64,000 nt of DNA, from assembly GCA_964187785.1 (NCBI GenBank), contig OZ076409.1, positions 44,084,001-44,148,000 of the forward strand, written 5' to 3'. The notes beneath the pieces were generated by a model that had not been told where the DNA came from, made no database searches, and saw only the letters and a program-made list of their open reading frames with translations. Shown here one piece after another: positions 11,079 through 22,316 of the stretch (its first letter is position 1; the number at the start of each line of letters is the position of its first letter). The translations under genes were made by a program, and so were the position numbers. Source of the DNA: Amphiscolops sp. MND2022 (Eukaryota).

Positions 11079-12895
11079 TTGGTTTTGTTCCTACTAGTTT
11101 TCTTCACCCCTGCTTCAGTTCGAAGTGAGTGGTTTTCTAATTTAGAAGCCTCCAATTACCTGAATGAAATCCAAGAAAAGGGCGTTCTGTTCCATGAACG
11201 CAGCAAGATCTTGCTCGCGGAGAAATTTATCAAAGTTCAATTTTTGGTTCCCTTCCCATCTTACGACATCGAACTTTAAGCCTATTTTGTTGCCTTGATG
11301 GCCAAGCATGCGTCGATATGGGAAACTTCCGTCTATCTTTAGTCCTTTGGACTTTTCAAATCAATTTTCAACCAATACAACGCCGTTCAATGTTACCTGG
11401 AAGTTAAAAAAAATTGATATCCACAAAGCTGAACTAGATATGGCCCTCCTAAGTAATGAAACCGCGATGTTTTTCTCCCCTCCTCAACAGCCACAGAAAA
11501 CTCGCCATCGACGAGGATCCCATGTGGGACTGGTGGATCTTGCTGCTGTCAGACTGTTCGGAGGAGGAGTGGCTCTTGGCAGTTCAGACTCATGTGGACT
11601 ACAAGGCATTTTTGGTTCCTGTCAAGACGATGCAAACGCCAATGCCGAGATCATTCGCAAACTGTTTGACTTCCATGTCGTTTTAACCCAGTTTGTAACT
11701 GAATTTACAACATCTACGGGCAAAAAATTTTAATGCAAGAAAACGAATTGGCAGCCCTTAACGACATCCAGAAGGAACTCGTTGATACGCAGAACAAAAA
11801 CTGGGCACTTATTCAACAGCAGTTTGATGTTTTTGCACATAATTTTCATGTACTCCGGGACTCCAACCAACTGCTTTTTTTCGAATCAACGACTTAACTT
11901 CAATTTCGATACGTTATCTTCGCTACAAGCAATGATACATGCAAGTGTTAAGAGCTATCGCGCGGCCTTATTTGCATTCCGGATGCACATCTTGAATTCG
12001 ATTCCAGTTATACTTTGAGGTCATCTACTTATGTCCTTTGTACCAACGGAATGGAATCACTATTGGCTATTCTTAGAAGTGTTGCAATGAAACAGACGAC
12101 GGCTGAGGAGAGATTATCTCTAGCTATCCCAATGTCAGATCTGCTGTCATACTTTGATTCCAAGCTTTTAGCAGATGCTATTATGGTTAAGGAAGGTCTT
12201 TTGATGACCCTAAACATTCAGCTAGCATCTAAGCAGACGGTTTTTACCGTCTATGAAGCTAAATTAATTCCTATGCCGTATCCAGACAATCCTCAGTCGG
12301 CTTTCACTTGGAACATCGAAGCTCCATTTTTAGCTTTGTCGGAGGACCACATGGAGTCATCTGTCCTCTCTGCATAACAGTGTGAGCTTTTTCTTGGCTC
12401 ATTCCGTTACCGAATCTGTTCAGAATCTGTTCCAACAGAGATGGACTCCCATCTTGTTTAGCCACCTTGTATTCCAGTACCACTTCAGAGGCTCTTGCTG
12501 TATGCGACGCTACCATTGTAAAACTGCCAGCCATCGAACAAGCAACAAACTTAGGCTATGGCATTTGGTTAACTCAATCCGTTCACACTGTTACCCTGCG
12601 CTAAGTTTCGTCTTCATCTGTTCAGGGCACTTCTTTTCGCGGATGCCGCATATGTCTTATCACTTTAGCATGTGGAATGCAAATCATGACTGACAATATC
12701 AGAATTCGGTCGGATTTATCAAGTTGCGCTCACATTGCAAGTTTCTATGCCTAATCCCATCACTTCATTAGTTATGGAAGTTCCCCTTTGGAAGAATTAC
12801 CGTTCTACACATCGAAAGCTGAAGCAGGAGTGAAGTTATTGAAGGAGGTCAAGCTACAATTAGCAAAAGGACCAAAGAAGCGTGAATTCAACCAG
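11079..12895 (+). pseudogene. Class I (F-type, errantivirus/baculovirus-F-like) envelope glycoprotein, decayed
   Basis: Signal peptide LVLFLLVFFTPASVRS; furin site RHRR (11503-11514) followed by a Gly-rich hydrophobic peptide GSHVGLVDLAAVRLFGGGVALG; CGLQGIFGSC; heptad region; VYEAKLIPMP and a Cys-rich segment. Several stops and frameshifts; no TM found. Confidence 0.8.
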
Positions 12896-13259
12896 TCAAC
12901 AACCTTCACTCATTACTAAGAGTACAACATAGCAACTCCCAAGTTTGGCCCTTTGAAACAGTTCATGATAAAAGCAACTTTTAGGCAGCTCAAGCCGATA
13001 TCAATGCCTGACTTCACGATCCTTCAGTTCATTCATTCATTATTGAGATTGATGAAAACAAATCCTTTCTTATCATTTCTTCTGCAGTAATATGTAAACT
13101 ATAATTGCAGTAATCTTTGGCGCTACAATATTCGACTGGACTGGATGAATTAAATACAAAACAACTACATGAAATTAGGGCTTGTGCTGCTCCCCACCTC
13201 TTCCTTGGACTCAGACCCAGACCGTAGGAAGGCTTTTTCCAGACGCCGGAAGTTTTTTG

Positions 13260-13290
13260 ATGAGAGGAAGTGTAACATAGCTAAAACTTT
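13260..13290 (+). promoter_or_regulatory. Putative PPT and 3' LTR start of the env-bearing element
   Basis: ATGAGAGGAAG immediately followed by TGTAAC (13271), downstream of env. No matching 5' LTR found. Confidence 0.4.
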
Positions 13291-14129
13291 CCTACGTTAA
13301 GGACAAATGAACTAACCAAACGAACTCTCCAACTATTTGACCTTAAAGCTATTTTTTTATGACAAAATTTTAAACTTGGAATTACTTGTTCATCATCTTT
13401 AAATAAAAAATTATAATAATGTTTATGAATAGAGAAACTATCAGTGCTGACTATAACTCGATAACTGCATGGTTGTGTTTTCTATGAGCAAAATAGAAAC
13501 AACTAATCTGAGGATTATGATCCATGCTCCGAAGACTTGACTGCTCTCCATTCCTGCATCCAGCTGCTAGTCATAAATATATATCCTAAAAGGAGGAATA
13601 TAAGTTTAGGCCTAATTTCGTTGCTTCTTTCATCTTTCTTCTAAAGAACTCCCACTTCTGAAAAATTCCCAGGAAACCACATTGATTAACTGCAATTCTA
13701 CCAGAAAGTCTGGAGAGCATAGCGCTTCCATAAATTTGGTTCAGTTTTCTAATCTGTATTTCCCAACGATGATTTTCTGGAAAGTGTCTGTTGGACGCCA
13801 GAAGTTTTACACCTTACTATCACAAGAAAAGAGTTCTTTGTGGCGACTTTGTCAACCATTGTAATACTGGGTCAGTCGACATTTTGAAGTCTGATTGTGT
13901 TTGTTGGCCGTTTACCAGGCAATAGTTATATAACGTTAAAAATATTCGGTGACAAAATGTGGTATTCCTGCAACTGGTTAGGTTTCGAGGTGGAGTTTCG
14001 ATTAAAAAAACGAGGAAACCTGCAACGCTTTGAAGTAACTGAAACCCTCAGGGTTGATAGACTGGTTAAATTGTAGGCTTTGCAACGGATAGCTTAGAAT
14101 ATAAAGCGGCAATTTATCAAGAATGGTGG

Positions 14130-16436
14130 CCAGGAGCCTTGCCGAATTTAAAAGTTGTAGATTCTCTTGTGAACACTATCCCTTAGTGTCATGAAAGTTT
14201 TAGACCAGACACCCTTTTTAATTCAAACGTTGTTCACTTGAAAAGAGTTGCTAAAAAATCACGGATCTCTCTAGCTGAAAATTGACACCCAAAACTAAAC
14301 GTACTTGTGCAACCCCGTCCATTCATGCCTTTTGGTGCTTTTCGTTTTCCTCTCAAAGCAGTTTGACTGCCAAGTCGAACGACAAACTGGATTGAATTTT
14401 CTCAGAGCCTTAACAAAGCTTAAAATAGTGATTCTCGAGGAAAAAGTAACTTACGAACTTCTACTGTACTTCTTTGGTGCGAAAATAATTGCGCTAGAAT
14501 AGCCCAATGGTGGACTCCGTCCGATCGCGCTAGGCATTACTTTCCGCCGGTTGTCCGCAAAACTTGCCGGATATCATGTCTTCGAATCACGTCAAGCAAG
14601 GTATGGTAATCGACAAGTAGGTGGAAGCACAAAAAGAAATGCGGAATTGGCTTCACATGTTCCCTGTTCTCTGATAGAAAGCCCCCAGCGCAAAGAAATT
14701 GTTATCTTGAAAATTGACATTGAAAACGCTTTCAACTCGACAAACCGACCATTCATGCTCGAGAAATCTTTTGAAATACACCCTGAAGTTTGTAAATACT
14801 CACATTCGGCGTACAGTGAGTCAAGTTTCCTTTTTTACGTTGATTCGGTAGTCAAAGTTTCTGAACGGACCCAGTAAGCAGATCTTGAGTCTCCAGGTCT
14901 AATTTCGGATTCTATTAGGATAGATTTACAGTTTGGAGTCGAAAATAAACTTATGGTACCTCGACGATGGAATTTAAGTGATGATTATAAAACTGTTTTA
15001 AAAGACCTGAAAAAATTATTGAAGCTGAAAAAACGCTGGAACTCAAAATTAAACCCACAAAAAGTGAATCTTTTTGCTTGACGACATCAATGAAAAACGA
15101 CGATCGAAAGAAATAGCAATTTTTCAGAAAAACAGCACCGGGATTAAAACACCAAAGGAAGATGAACTTTCGTTCATCAGTTTCGGTTCACCGGTCGGCC
15201 CGAAATCGCAGGTAGACTTTTTGGAAAAAAATAATGAATTGAAAAAAGTAAATGGAACTGTTGATAAACTGGATCCGCATTATGGTTTTTTCATGTTGAG
15301 AAAGGCTTCAGTCTGCCAAAGTTGTTTTACTTCGTGAGAACCAGTTCAATCAACCAACTCTCTTGAAAAAATATGACAAAACCGTACGCGACGGGCTTTC
15401 CAAAATGTGTTACATGTTATTTGAGTACTCAGTGGGCTCTGCCTAGTAATATGTGTGGTCTTGGAGTTTCATCCGCAATCATTGTTAGCACTTTTCGCGT
15501 TTTTGGTGCGAGTGACTTTCTCACAACGACTTTCTCAGATACATTCGAAGATGTTTCGTTCACTATAGCATTTGAGAAATAGCTGAGCTTGACGAATGAA
15601 CAAGAAAGTCTTCTCGATGGAACCCAGAAAAATTAAACACGACCTGTATACGTCAAAACCGCCCAGGACTTAATTTCTCGAAAGGATGACAAACGTTAGA
15701 GAGTTTTTATTGCTCATCAAGACAAATTCGGGTCGCAGTGGTTTGAACGTTGTTCCTTGCAAGAACCTAGACCTGAAACATGATAATCAGAAGCTTCGGA
15801 TTGGCTTAGGTCTCGGAGTGAACATCTGTGTTGTTCATACGTGCCACTGTGATAAAAGAGTTGAACGTGACGGTTTACACGGTCTTTCTTGCACCAACAG
15901 TGCTGGTCGCTTCTCACGTCATGCTACTTTCAATTCTTCCATCAAGCAGACGTTCAGATCTCTCCACTTGCCTTCAATGTTCGAGCCGCGTGGACAGTGC
16001 CGAACTGATGGGAAACGCCCAGATGGTGTTCCAATGATTCCTTGAGAAATGGGTAAACAGCTGGTGTGGGATGTCACTGTTGTGGATGCTCAGTCGCCCA
16101 GTCGCCTGAATCAAGGCTCTTTATGTAACCCGGGAACCACCGCCACCGAGGCTGAAGCGCGTAAAATTGAGAAGTATCGCGAATTAATAGACAACGGATA
16201 CATATTTCAACCAGTGGCCTTGGAAGTACAGGGTTCTTTAGGCGACAGCAGTGAAATTTTCATCACGCGTCTCTGTAAAATGCTCTGTTGTTCGCACGGC
16301 GATCAACAAGTTGGCAGCTTTTTGAAGCAGCGGTTTTCAATGGTTCTTCAGATCGGCAATGCGGCCTGTGTTCTAGGAACTGTGAGCGACAGAGATGCGT
16401 TCGAATTTATTACATATAGTTTTTTTTAAAAAAAAA
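14130..16436 (+). mobile_element. CRE-like non-LTR retrotransposon (RT, CCHC finger, restriction-like endonuclease), decayed
   Basis: GGLRPIALGITFRRL, KIDIENAFNS, WYLDDG, CHC..GLHGLSC..GRFSRH, RPDG, WDVTVVD, AEARKIEKY, PVALEVQG; ends in an A-rich tail; many indels. Confidence 0.85.
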
Positions 16437-16489
16437 CCTCTATATAATTGCAGCTATAACAACCCAAGCTCGACATGATTGTGAGAAAA

Positions 16490-16570
16490 TAGCCATTACA
16501 GAACTCGAAACTGCATCTCAAGACAGATCTAGCTGGCAGTCAAGCGCCTTAACCCTTAGACCAAATGGCT
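16490..16570 (-). ncRNA. tRNA-like cassette in the 3' LTR (T-arm/B-box damaged)
   Basis: Same cloverleaf as the other copies but GCAGTTTCGAGTTCTGT in the T arm and GCC at the anticodon position. Confidence 0.7.
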
Positions 16571-16621
16571 TATTTAATCTCACCAATCATTCGGCTTATC
16601 ACTAACAACGCCGTTGTTATA

Positions 16622-16633
16622 TTATCCCCTTCT
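16622..16633 (-). promoter_or_regulatory. TRIM polypurine tract (second copy 16880-16891)
   Basis: AGAAGGGGATAA directly before the next LTR. Confidence 0.8.
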
Positions 16634-16697
16634 AACTGAAGCTGATTCCACACAGCTCCCAGTTGAACAAAACACAACTGGGGATTCAAGCCACTTA

Positions 16698-16711
16698 TGT
16701 AATGGCTACCA
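16698..16711 (-). promoter_or_regulatory. TRIM PBS (second copy 16956-16969)
   Basis: TGGTAGCCATTACA, 1 nt after the LTR end. Confidence 0.85.
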
Positions 16712-16747
16712 GTATAACAACCCAAGCTCGACATGATTGTGAGAAAA

Positions 16748-16828
16748 TAGCCATTACAGGACTCGAACCTGCATCTCAAGACAGATCTAGCTAGCAGTCA
16801 AGCGCCTTAACCCTTAGACCAAATGGCT
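16748..16828 (-). ncRNA. tRNA-like cassette in the middle LTR (81 nt)
   Basis: Acceptor AGCCATT/AATGGCT+A, D arm GTCT-AAGGGTTA-AGGC, variable stem ATCT/AGAT, T arm GCAGG-TTCGAGT-CCTGT, then TTTT. The anticodon stem is poorly paired. Confidence 0.8.
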
Positions 16829-17005
16829 TATTTAATCTCACCAATCATTCGACTTATCACTAACAACGCCGTTGTTATATTATCCCCTTCTAACTGAAGC
16901 TGATGCCACACAGCTCCCAGTTGAACACAACACAACTGGGGATTCAATCCACTTATGTAATGGCTACCAGTATAGCAACCGAAGCTCGACATGATTGTGA
17001 GAAAA

Positions 17006-17086
17006 TAGCCATTACAGGACTCGAACCTGCATCTCAAGACAGATCTAGCTAGCAGTCAAGCGCCTTAACCCTTAGACCAAATGGCT
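17006..17086 (-). ncRNA. tRNA-like cassette in the 5' LTR (81 nt)
   Basis: Same sequence as the 16748-16828 copy; A/B boxes intact; followed by TTTT. Confidence 0.8.
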
Positions 17087-17334
17087 TATTTAATCTCACC
17101 AATCATTCGACTTATCACCAACAACGCCGTTGTTATACAGCTCTAAAAAAACTTCTACTGGTCGACTGCGATAGTGGCTGGTATGAGTAAATTGTTAATT
17201 GTTATTTTTTGTTACTTGTCTACTGGGATAGTGGCTAGTATGGGGTTCCCTACGTTCGTTGCAGACCACGGGTAAGTGTCTTCTCCCCCCATCATGATGA
17301 CACATGGGTATTGATTGATGACGAAGACCCATGG

Positions 17335-18680
17335 TGGAGTGTACGCCTTTGATCTAATTGCTTGGGTCTAATGGAATTAGATCTAACTGTTAGGTCTAAC
17401 TTTCAGATCTAATTTTACCTAAAATACTTATTTTTAACCCCTTTATGATCTAATATGTGTTCTGAAAGCGAAAATATAATGGGCATATGCGATGTATGCA
17501 CGCTCGCCCTCACCGTCGCAAAGACCAGCTCCCACTACCATCGCTTCGCGATCTCCGCTCCCGCTAGGTCTTTGCTCCTGTTCGACCTCGGTTAGCAAGT
17601 TGGGAATATAAGCGGCCCCAAGGGGCCGCGGGGCACAAGAGGAAATGGAGACATATCCGAGGCACGTTTTATACTTTATATCACTTTTTAGTTTTAGATC
17701 CTAATTGGGTGGCTGTAAATAGGTCGAAATTTTCTGGTCGAAAGGACAGAGGTCGAACCTTTTGATCAAATTGCAGGGATCGAATGGAATGCGGTCGAAT
17801 TTTACCGTATTTGTTGTATGGCTTGGTCGCTTCGCTCTCTTCGCCAAGTAGCAACATTGAGGCATGGCCATATTGCACGTCGCTCCGCTTCGCTCCGCTC
17901 CTGCATTCAGGGCACTAGGGGTATGTGAACATATCTGACTACGTTATAAAAATATCGATCCGAGTTGTTTCGATCCCATTCAAAAAATTGGTATGTCGAC
18001 CTGAGGACTAACTCTGATTTTCGATTCCGTTCCTTCAACCTACTTCCGCTCACCCATCCTAATTGACTTTTTTTCTCAAATTAGATCAAATTAGAAGAGA
18101 TTTTTAGACCTGATTATTTCGATCAGTTTTTTAGATCTCAGTTTTGCCCCCTTTCTCAGATCTATTTCATTAGACCTGATTTCACGTAGCCATCCATGGT
18201 ATCTGATGAAGAAAAAAACCATAATGCGCATCCTGTAACTTTTTCGGCTTGCTGCAATAAAGTCGAATTTTGACTCGTCGAATGAATAATGTAGATGAAT
18301 AACGTCGAATGAATAGCGTAGAATTTAGTCGAACAGATTTGAGTCGAATTAAAATCTTAGGTTCAAAAAACAAACTACTTTTTCCCATCTAATATGGTGT
18401 CATATACTGTGTATGCACGCTCACTCTCACCGTCGCAAAGACCAGCTCCCGCTAGGTCTTTGCTCCTGTTCGACCTCGCTTAGCAAGATGGGAACATAAG
18501 CGGCCCCAAGGGGCCGCGGGGCACTAGAGGAAATGGGGGCATATCCGACGGCCAAAACATTGTTTGACCATTTTACTTTTGCAATGACATCGACGCAATT
18601 ACTTCGACATAAGTCCGTCGACGATGGTACTTCGACGCTAGTTATACGGTTCAAATTCGACTTTAGTCGTTCAACTTGTT
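17335..18680. mobile_element. Cluster of MITE-like elements sharing a GC-rich core (cores ~17480-17662 and ~18392-18553)
   Basis: Same core as the MITE at 22317; flanked by arms built from GATC/TCGA micro-repeats. Exact ends not resolved. Confidence 0.6.
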
Positions 18681-18729
18681 GTGATAAATAGCCTAATTGT
18701 TGAGTAAATTTATTAAATAGTTTCCGGTT

Positions 18730-19509
18730 GTGATGACTAAAGCCTCTACTTCTTCATCCAAGTGTGGCAGTTGCAAGAGAATTGTCAAAGATGGGGACAA
18801 ATCTGGCATCGCATGTGACAACTGCTCTCTTTGGTACCATGGAGCTTGTGCAAGCCTGTCTGAGGAGGATGTCAAGTTGATGGGACGAATCAAAGGATGT
18901 CTCTGGCTCTGCGATTCCTGCCTCAATGATGACATCTTCAGCCCTGAAGCTAAGTACAATCATATTATTGATGCCAAAAATATGAAAAGTAGTATGAAAT
19001 CAATTCAAAATTCCTTAACTGAAATCCAATCGGCCCTCAGACCAACCCCTGAACCTGTCAAAAAACATGTAAATGAAGAGAGTCTATCTCGTGAGATAAT
19101 CATAAATGGTCTTGTTGAGGATAAAGGATCTTTTAAGTCGTCTTTCGAAGCTGACAACTCCAAACTACAGGAAGTATTCAACCATATGGATGAAAAAACT
19201 CTCAAAATAGAATCTACCCGCAGGTTAGGTCAACCCAAAGCTGATATGTCAAGACCAAGGCCGCTCCTCATTCGTTTTGCCACAGAATGGGATGCCAGGA
19301 AATGTCTTTCAAAATCCTACAGGCTGAAAAATTATCATGAACGAATATTCATATCACAATCTCTGAATGAAGAAGATCAAGCAACCAAACAGAAGATTTT
19401 GCAGAAACGGTATGAAATGATCAACAGTGACGGAGTACCACGAGATGAAATCAAAGTGAAAGGTCTTAAGCTCTTCAGAAACGGAACTGAAGTTACCTTC
19501 CAAAAGTGA
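18730..19509 (+). CDS. LINE ORF1 with N-terminal PHD finger
   Basis: CGSC..IACDNCSLWYHGAC..WLCDSC, then IIINGL and RLG..RPRPLLIRF, typical of CR1/L2 ORF1. Confidence 0.9.
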   Translation: MMTKASTSSSKCGSCKRIVKDGDKSGIACDNCSLWYHGACASLSEEDVKLMGRIKGCLWLCDSCLNDDIFSPEAKYNHIIDAKNMKSSMKSIQNSLTEIQSALRPTPEPVKKHVNEESLSREIIINGLVEDKGSFKSSFEADNSKLQEVFNHMDEKTLKIESTRRLGQPKADMSRPRPLLIRFATEWDARKCLSKSYRLKNYHERIFISQSLNEEDQATKQKILQKRYEMINSDGVPRDEIKVKGLKLFRNGTEVTFQK

Positions 19510-22316
19510 ATGCAGATGAAAATTTGCCTCTTGAATGCACAAAGTGTTACCAGTCTCCAGCAACGATTGAAACTACTCAACTTCTTAAGTTTGCACTCAC
19601 CTGATTTGGTTTTTGTCACTGAAACTTGGTTATACCCAGAAATCGAAGACTCTGAAGTCTGCCCATTGAAATGTAACTACTCAATCATTGCCAGACAAGA
19701 TCGCTCTGGTGGCGAACACGGCGGTGTCCTCGTTGCTGCCAAAAAGGATTTCTGTTTCAACTACTCTGACCTAACTCAGGAAATTGGACGCAATATGAAA
19801 ATTGACCAAATCAATGATTTTGCCGTCACTATTCCCATTACGACAATCCAGGGTTCTCACTTGTTCCTTTTAATTTACAATCCACCATCGACATCTCCAT
19901 ATCGAATCGAAGCGAACCTTTTGACTGATTGGATCTCCTCGTGTTATGCTAAGTTTGAAATCAATTATCTCAGCTCTTTCTCCATTTTAGGAGACCTCAA
20001 TCTGAATGATGTTTGCTGGGCAACTGTAACTGGTCAGAGCGACTATTCCAAAAGCTTCTTTGTTCAATCTCAAGCGATGAATCTCAATCCTTTAGATTTT
20101 GAGCTTACTCATAAGTCTGGTAGCACTCTGGATATAATTCTAACCTCACATTCCGAGCTATTCAATGTTCATGTTGACACTCATCTCTACTCTGATCATT
20201 ACCCTGTTTTTGCTTTGCTAAACCTTCCTATCCCCTATTCAGAGCCAGCTACTAATACATCAATTATGTATTCTTTGTCATCTTTTTCTAGTACTCTGTT
20301 CAACTCTCATGTATCCAATGGTTTCGACACACTACTGGCACTACCAAATTGCAGCTTCAGTGATGTTTCTATGAAAGCATATTTCTCATTGTGGCAACAA
20401 ACAGTGTTGTACGCTCGTACGCTCTAAATATGTCTTGCAAAATCAAAACTTCTCGCCGATCACAGTATCCGTATTTCTATTCCTCCCACTCAATTCACCT
20501 GATCAACAAACTTCGTACAGTTAAAAAATGTGACCACAGAAATGGTACCATTGAAAGGTTAAAACAAGAGATTAGTTTGTCAGTTGAATTAGACAAAACA
20601 GTCCTCCTTGAAAATCTATCTCCTGTCTCCATTCGTTCTTGCTTCAAGTTTTTACGCTCTTTCTCTTCGAATCGCTTGCCAAATCAAATGAACTGGAACA
20701 CACTGAAAGCAAACACCAGTAACGAAATTGCTAATCTGTTCAATAGTTATTTCAGCTCTGTCTTCCAGAAAAGTTTAGATATACCTTTGCAACCACCTGA
20801 ACTACCTACAATCCGTTTGGAAGATTTTACGATCAATCCCTCTGTAGTGGCAGATTTACTCTCGAAAGCTAAAACTTGTTCATTAAGCTCAGACCCTATT
20901 CCTATTTTTTTGTTGAACTCATGCCCAGATTTTCTGGCTCCGCTGGCCACTCAACTTTTTACTGTAGTAATAAAGGCAAGAAGATGGCCAAGTGAATGGA
21001 AATGCTCATATATAACACCGATATATAAGTCTGGAAACCCCGAAAGTGTGGAAAATTATTGGCACATCAGCATTTTACCACAGCTCTCACTTATTCTTGA
21101 AAAATTGCTCTTCCAACACATATACCCGCAAGTGCGATTATCAATCTGTGATGAACAACATGGTTTCACAAAGAAGCGCTCTCCTATTACCCAGCTCTTA
21201 CCCTATCTAGACGATTTGTACAACCAAAAAGATATTAACGCTTCTAGTTATGCTATCTACTTCGACTTTCGGAAGGCTTTCGATTTAGTTCCACATCATA
21301 TTCTTCTGAAAAAACTGGCAAATTTTAGCTTTGATGAAGATTTTTTGATCTTATTCAAGTCTTACTTATACTCAAGGTCACAACGAGTATCAATAAAAGG
21401 CTCCCTCTCCCAGATGGTGGATATTAATAGCGGTGTACCTCAAGGCAGTGTCCTCGGACCTCTTTTCTTCATTATTTTTATGAATGATCTTCCTGACAAA
21501 ATTGTCAATTCCTTATGCTATTTGTTTGCAGATGATAGTAAATTACTGTCTCTTCTGACCAAACCTGTTGTACAAAGGGATATTGATCACTTTACTGAAT
21601 GGGCTTACAGGAACAAAATGGAATATAACATGGACAAGTGCAAGTCAATCACTTTCGAGGAAAAATTAGCGTCGTCGGATCCTCTGTTTCTGAACGGTAA
21701 TATTGTCCTCACCGTTGACTCAATTGAAGACCTTGGAATCACCATTTCAAATACTATTACATGGGACGACCATATTCAAAAGAAATTGGTGGCTGCTAGA
21801 AAAGCTTATCATTTCTTGAAGCGCTCAATTCCTCATAATGTTAGTTCTTCCACGAAGCTTATGTACTACAGGTTGTGTGTTCAGAGTATTCTACTGTACG
21901 GATCCCAAATATGGTACCCCTCCATTAATTACCGACGGAAGTTGGAACTATTCAATACAGAATGTCTTTTTTGGGTAACTGGTTTACCAAAATTATTCAC
22001 AGCAGCTGGCAGCGCCAAATACCCTACCCCTATCATTCCATTTGGTCCTAAATGACATGGTCTTCCTCAACAAGGCCATAAATAACAAATACGACCTAAA
22101 TCTCAGCACCTTCATTTGTTTCAGCAACGATGCAAGGATCTCAGAAGTTCCAAATACCAACAACTCCTGCCAGTCAAAAGATGTCGCAAATTCTCCACGA
22201 GAGACTCCTTCTTCCAAAGAGTCTGTGACTACTCCAACTTCCTCGCCACAAAAGAGATTGACATTTTTGACCCAACTGAAAAATTTAAACATGAACTCAT
22301 GGCATACCTACGCAAT
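19510..22316 (+). pseudogene. LINE ORF2 (APE endonuclease + RT), about 3 frameshifts
   Basis: VTETWL, GGVL, GDLN, LDIIL, SDH; QHGF, DFRKAFD, GVPQGSVLGP, FADD. Frameshifts near 20420, 21988 and 22120. Confidence 0.9.

Larger units (their letters stand above)
16455..17137 (-). mobile_element. Three-LTR tandem TRIM with tRNA-like LTRs (Helenus/TRIMp3-type)
   Basis: 167-bp LTRs at 16455-16621, 16713-16879 and 16971-17137 with inverted ends TATAACAAC..GTTGTTATA. The 91-bp internal parts carry PBS TGGTAGCCATTACA and PPT AGAAGGGGATAA. TSD CAGC at 16451-54 and 17138-41. Confidence 0.9.

Noticed and set aside
16430..16455. CRE LINE site-specifically targeting a small-RNA gene array
   Set aside because: The array is a TRIM with its own TSD inserted about 20 bp past the LINE tail, so the adjacency looks incidental.
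16455..17137. Functional tRNA-Ser(GCT) gene cluster or plain 258-bp satellite
   Set aside because: The anticodon stem is unpaired, and the array starts and ends exactly on LTR ends with PBS, PPT and TSD.
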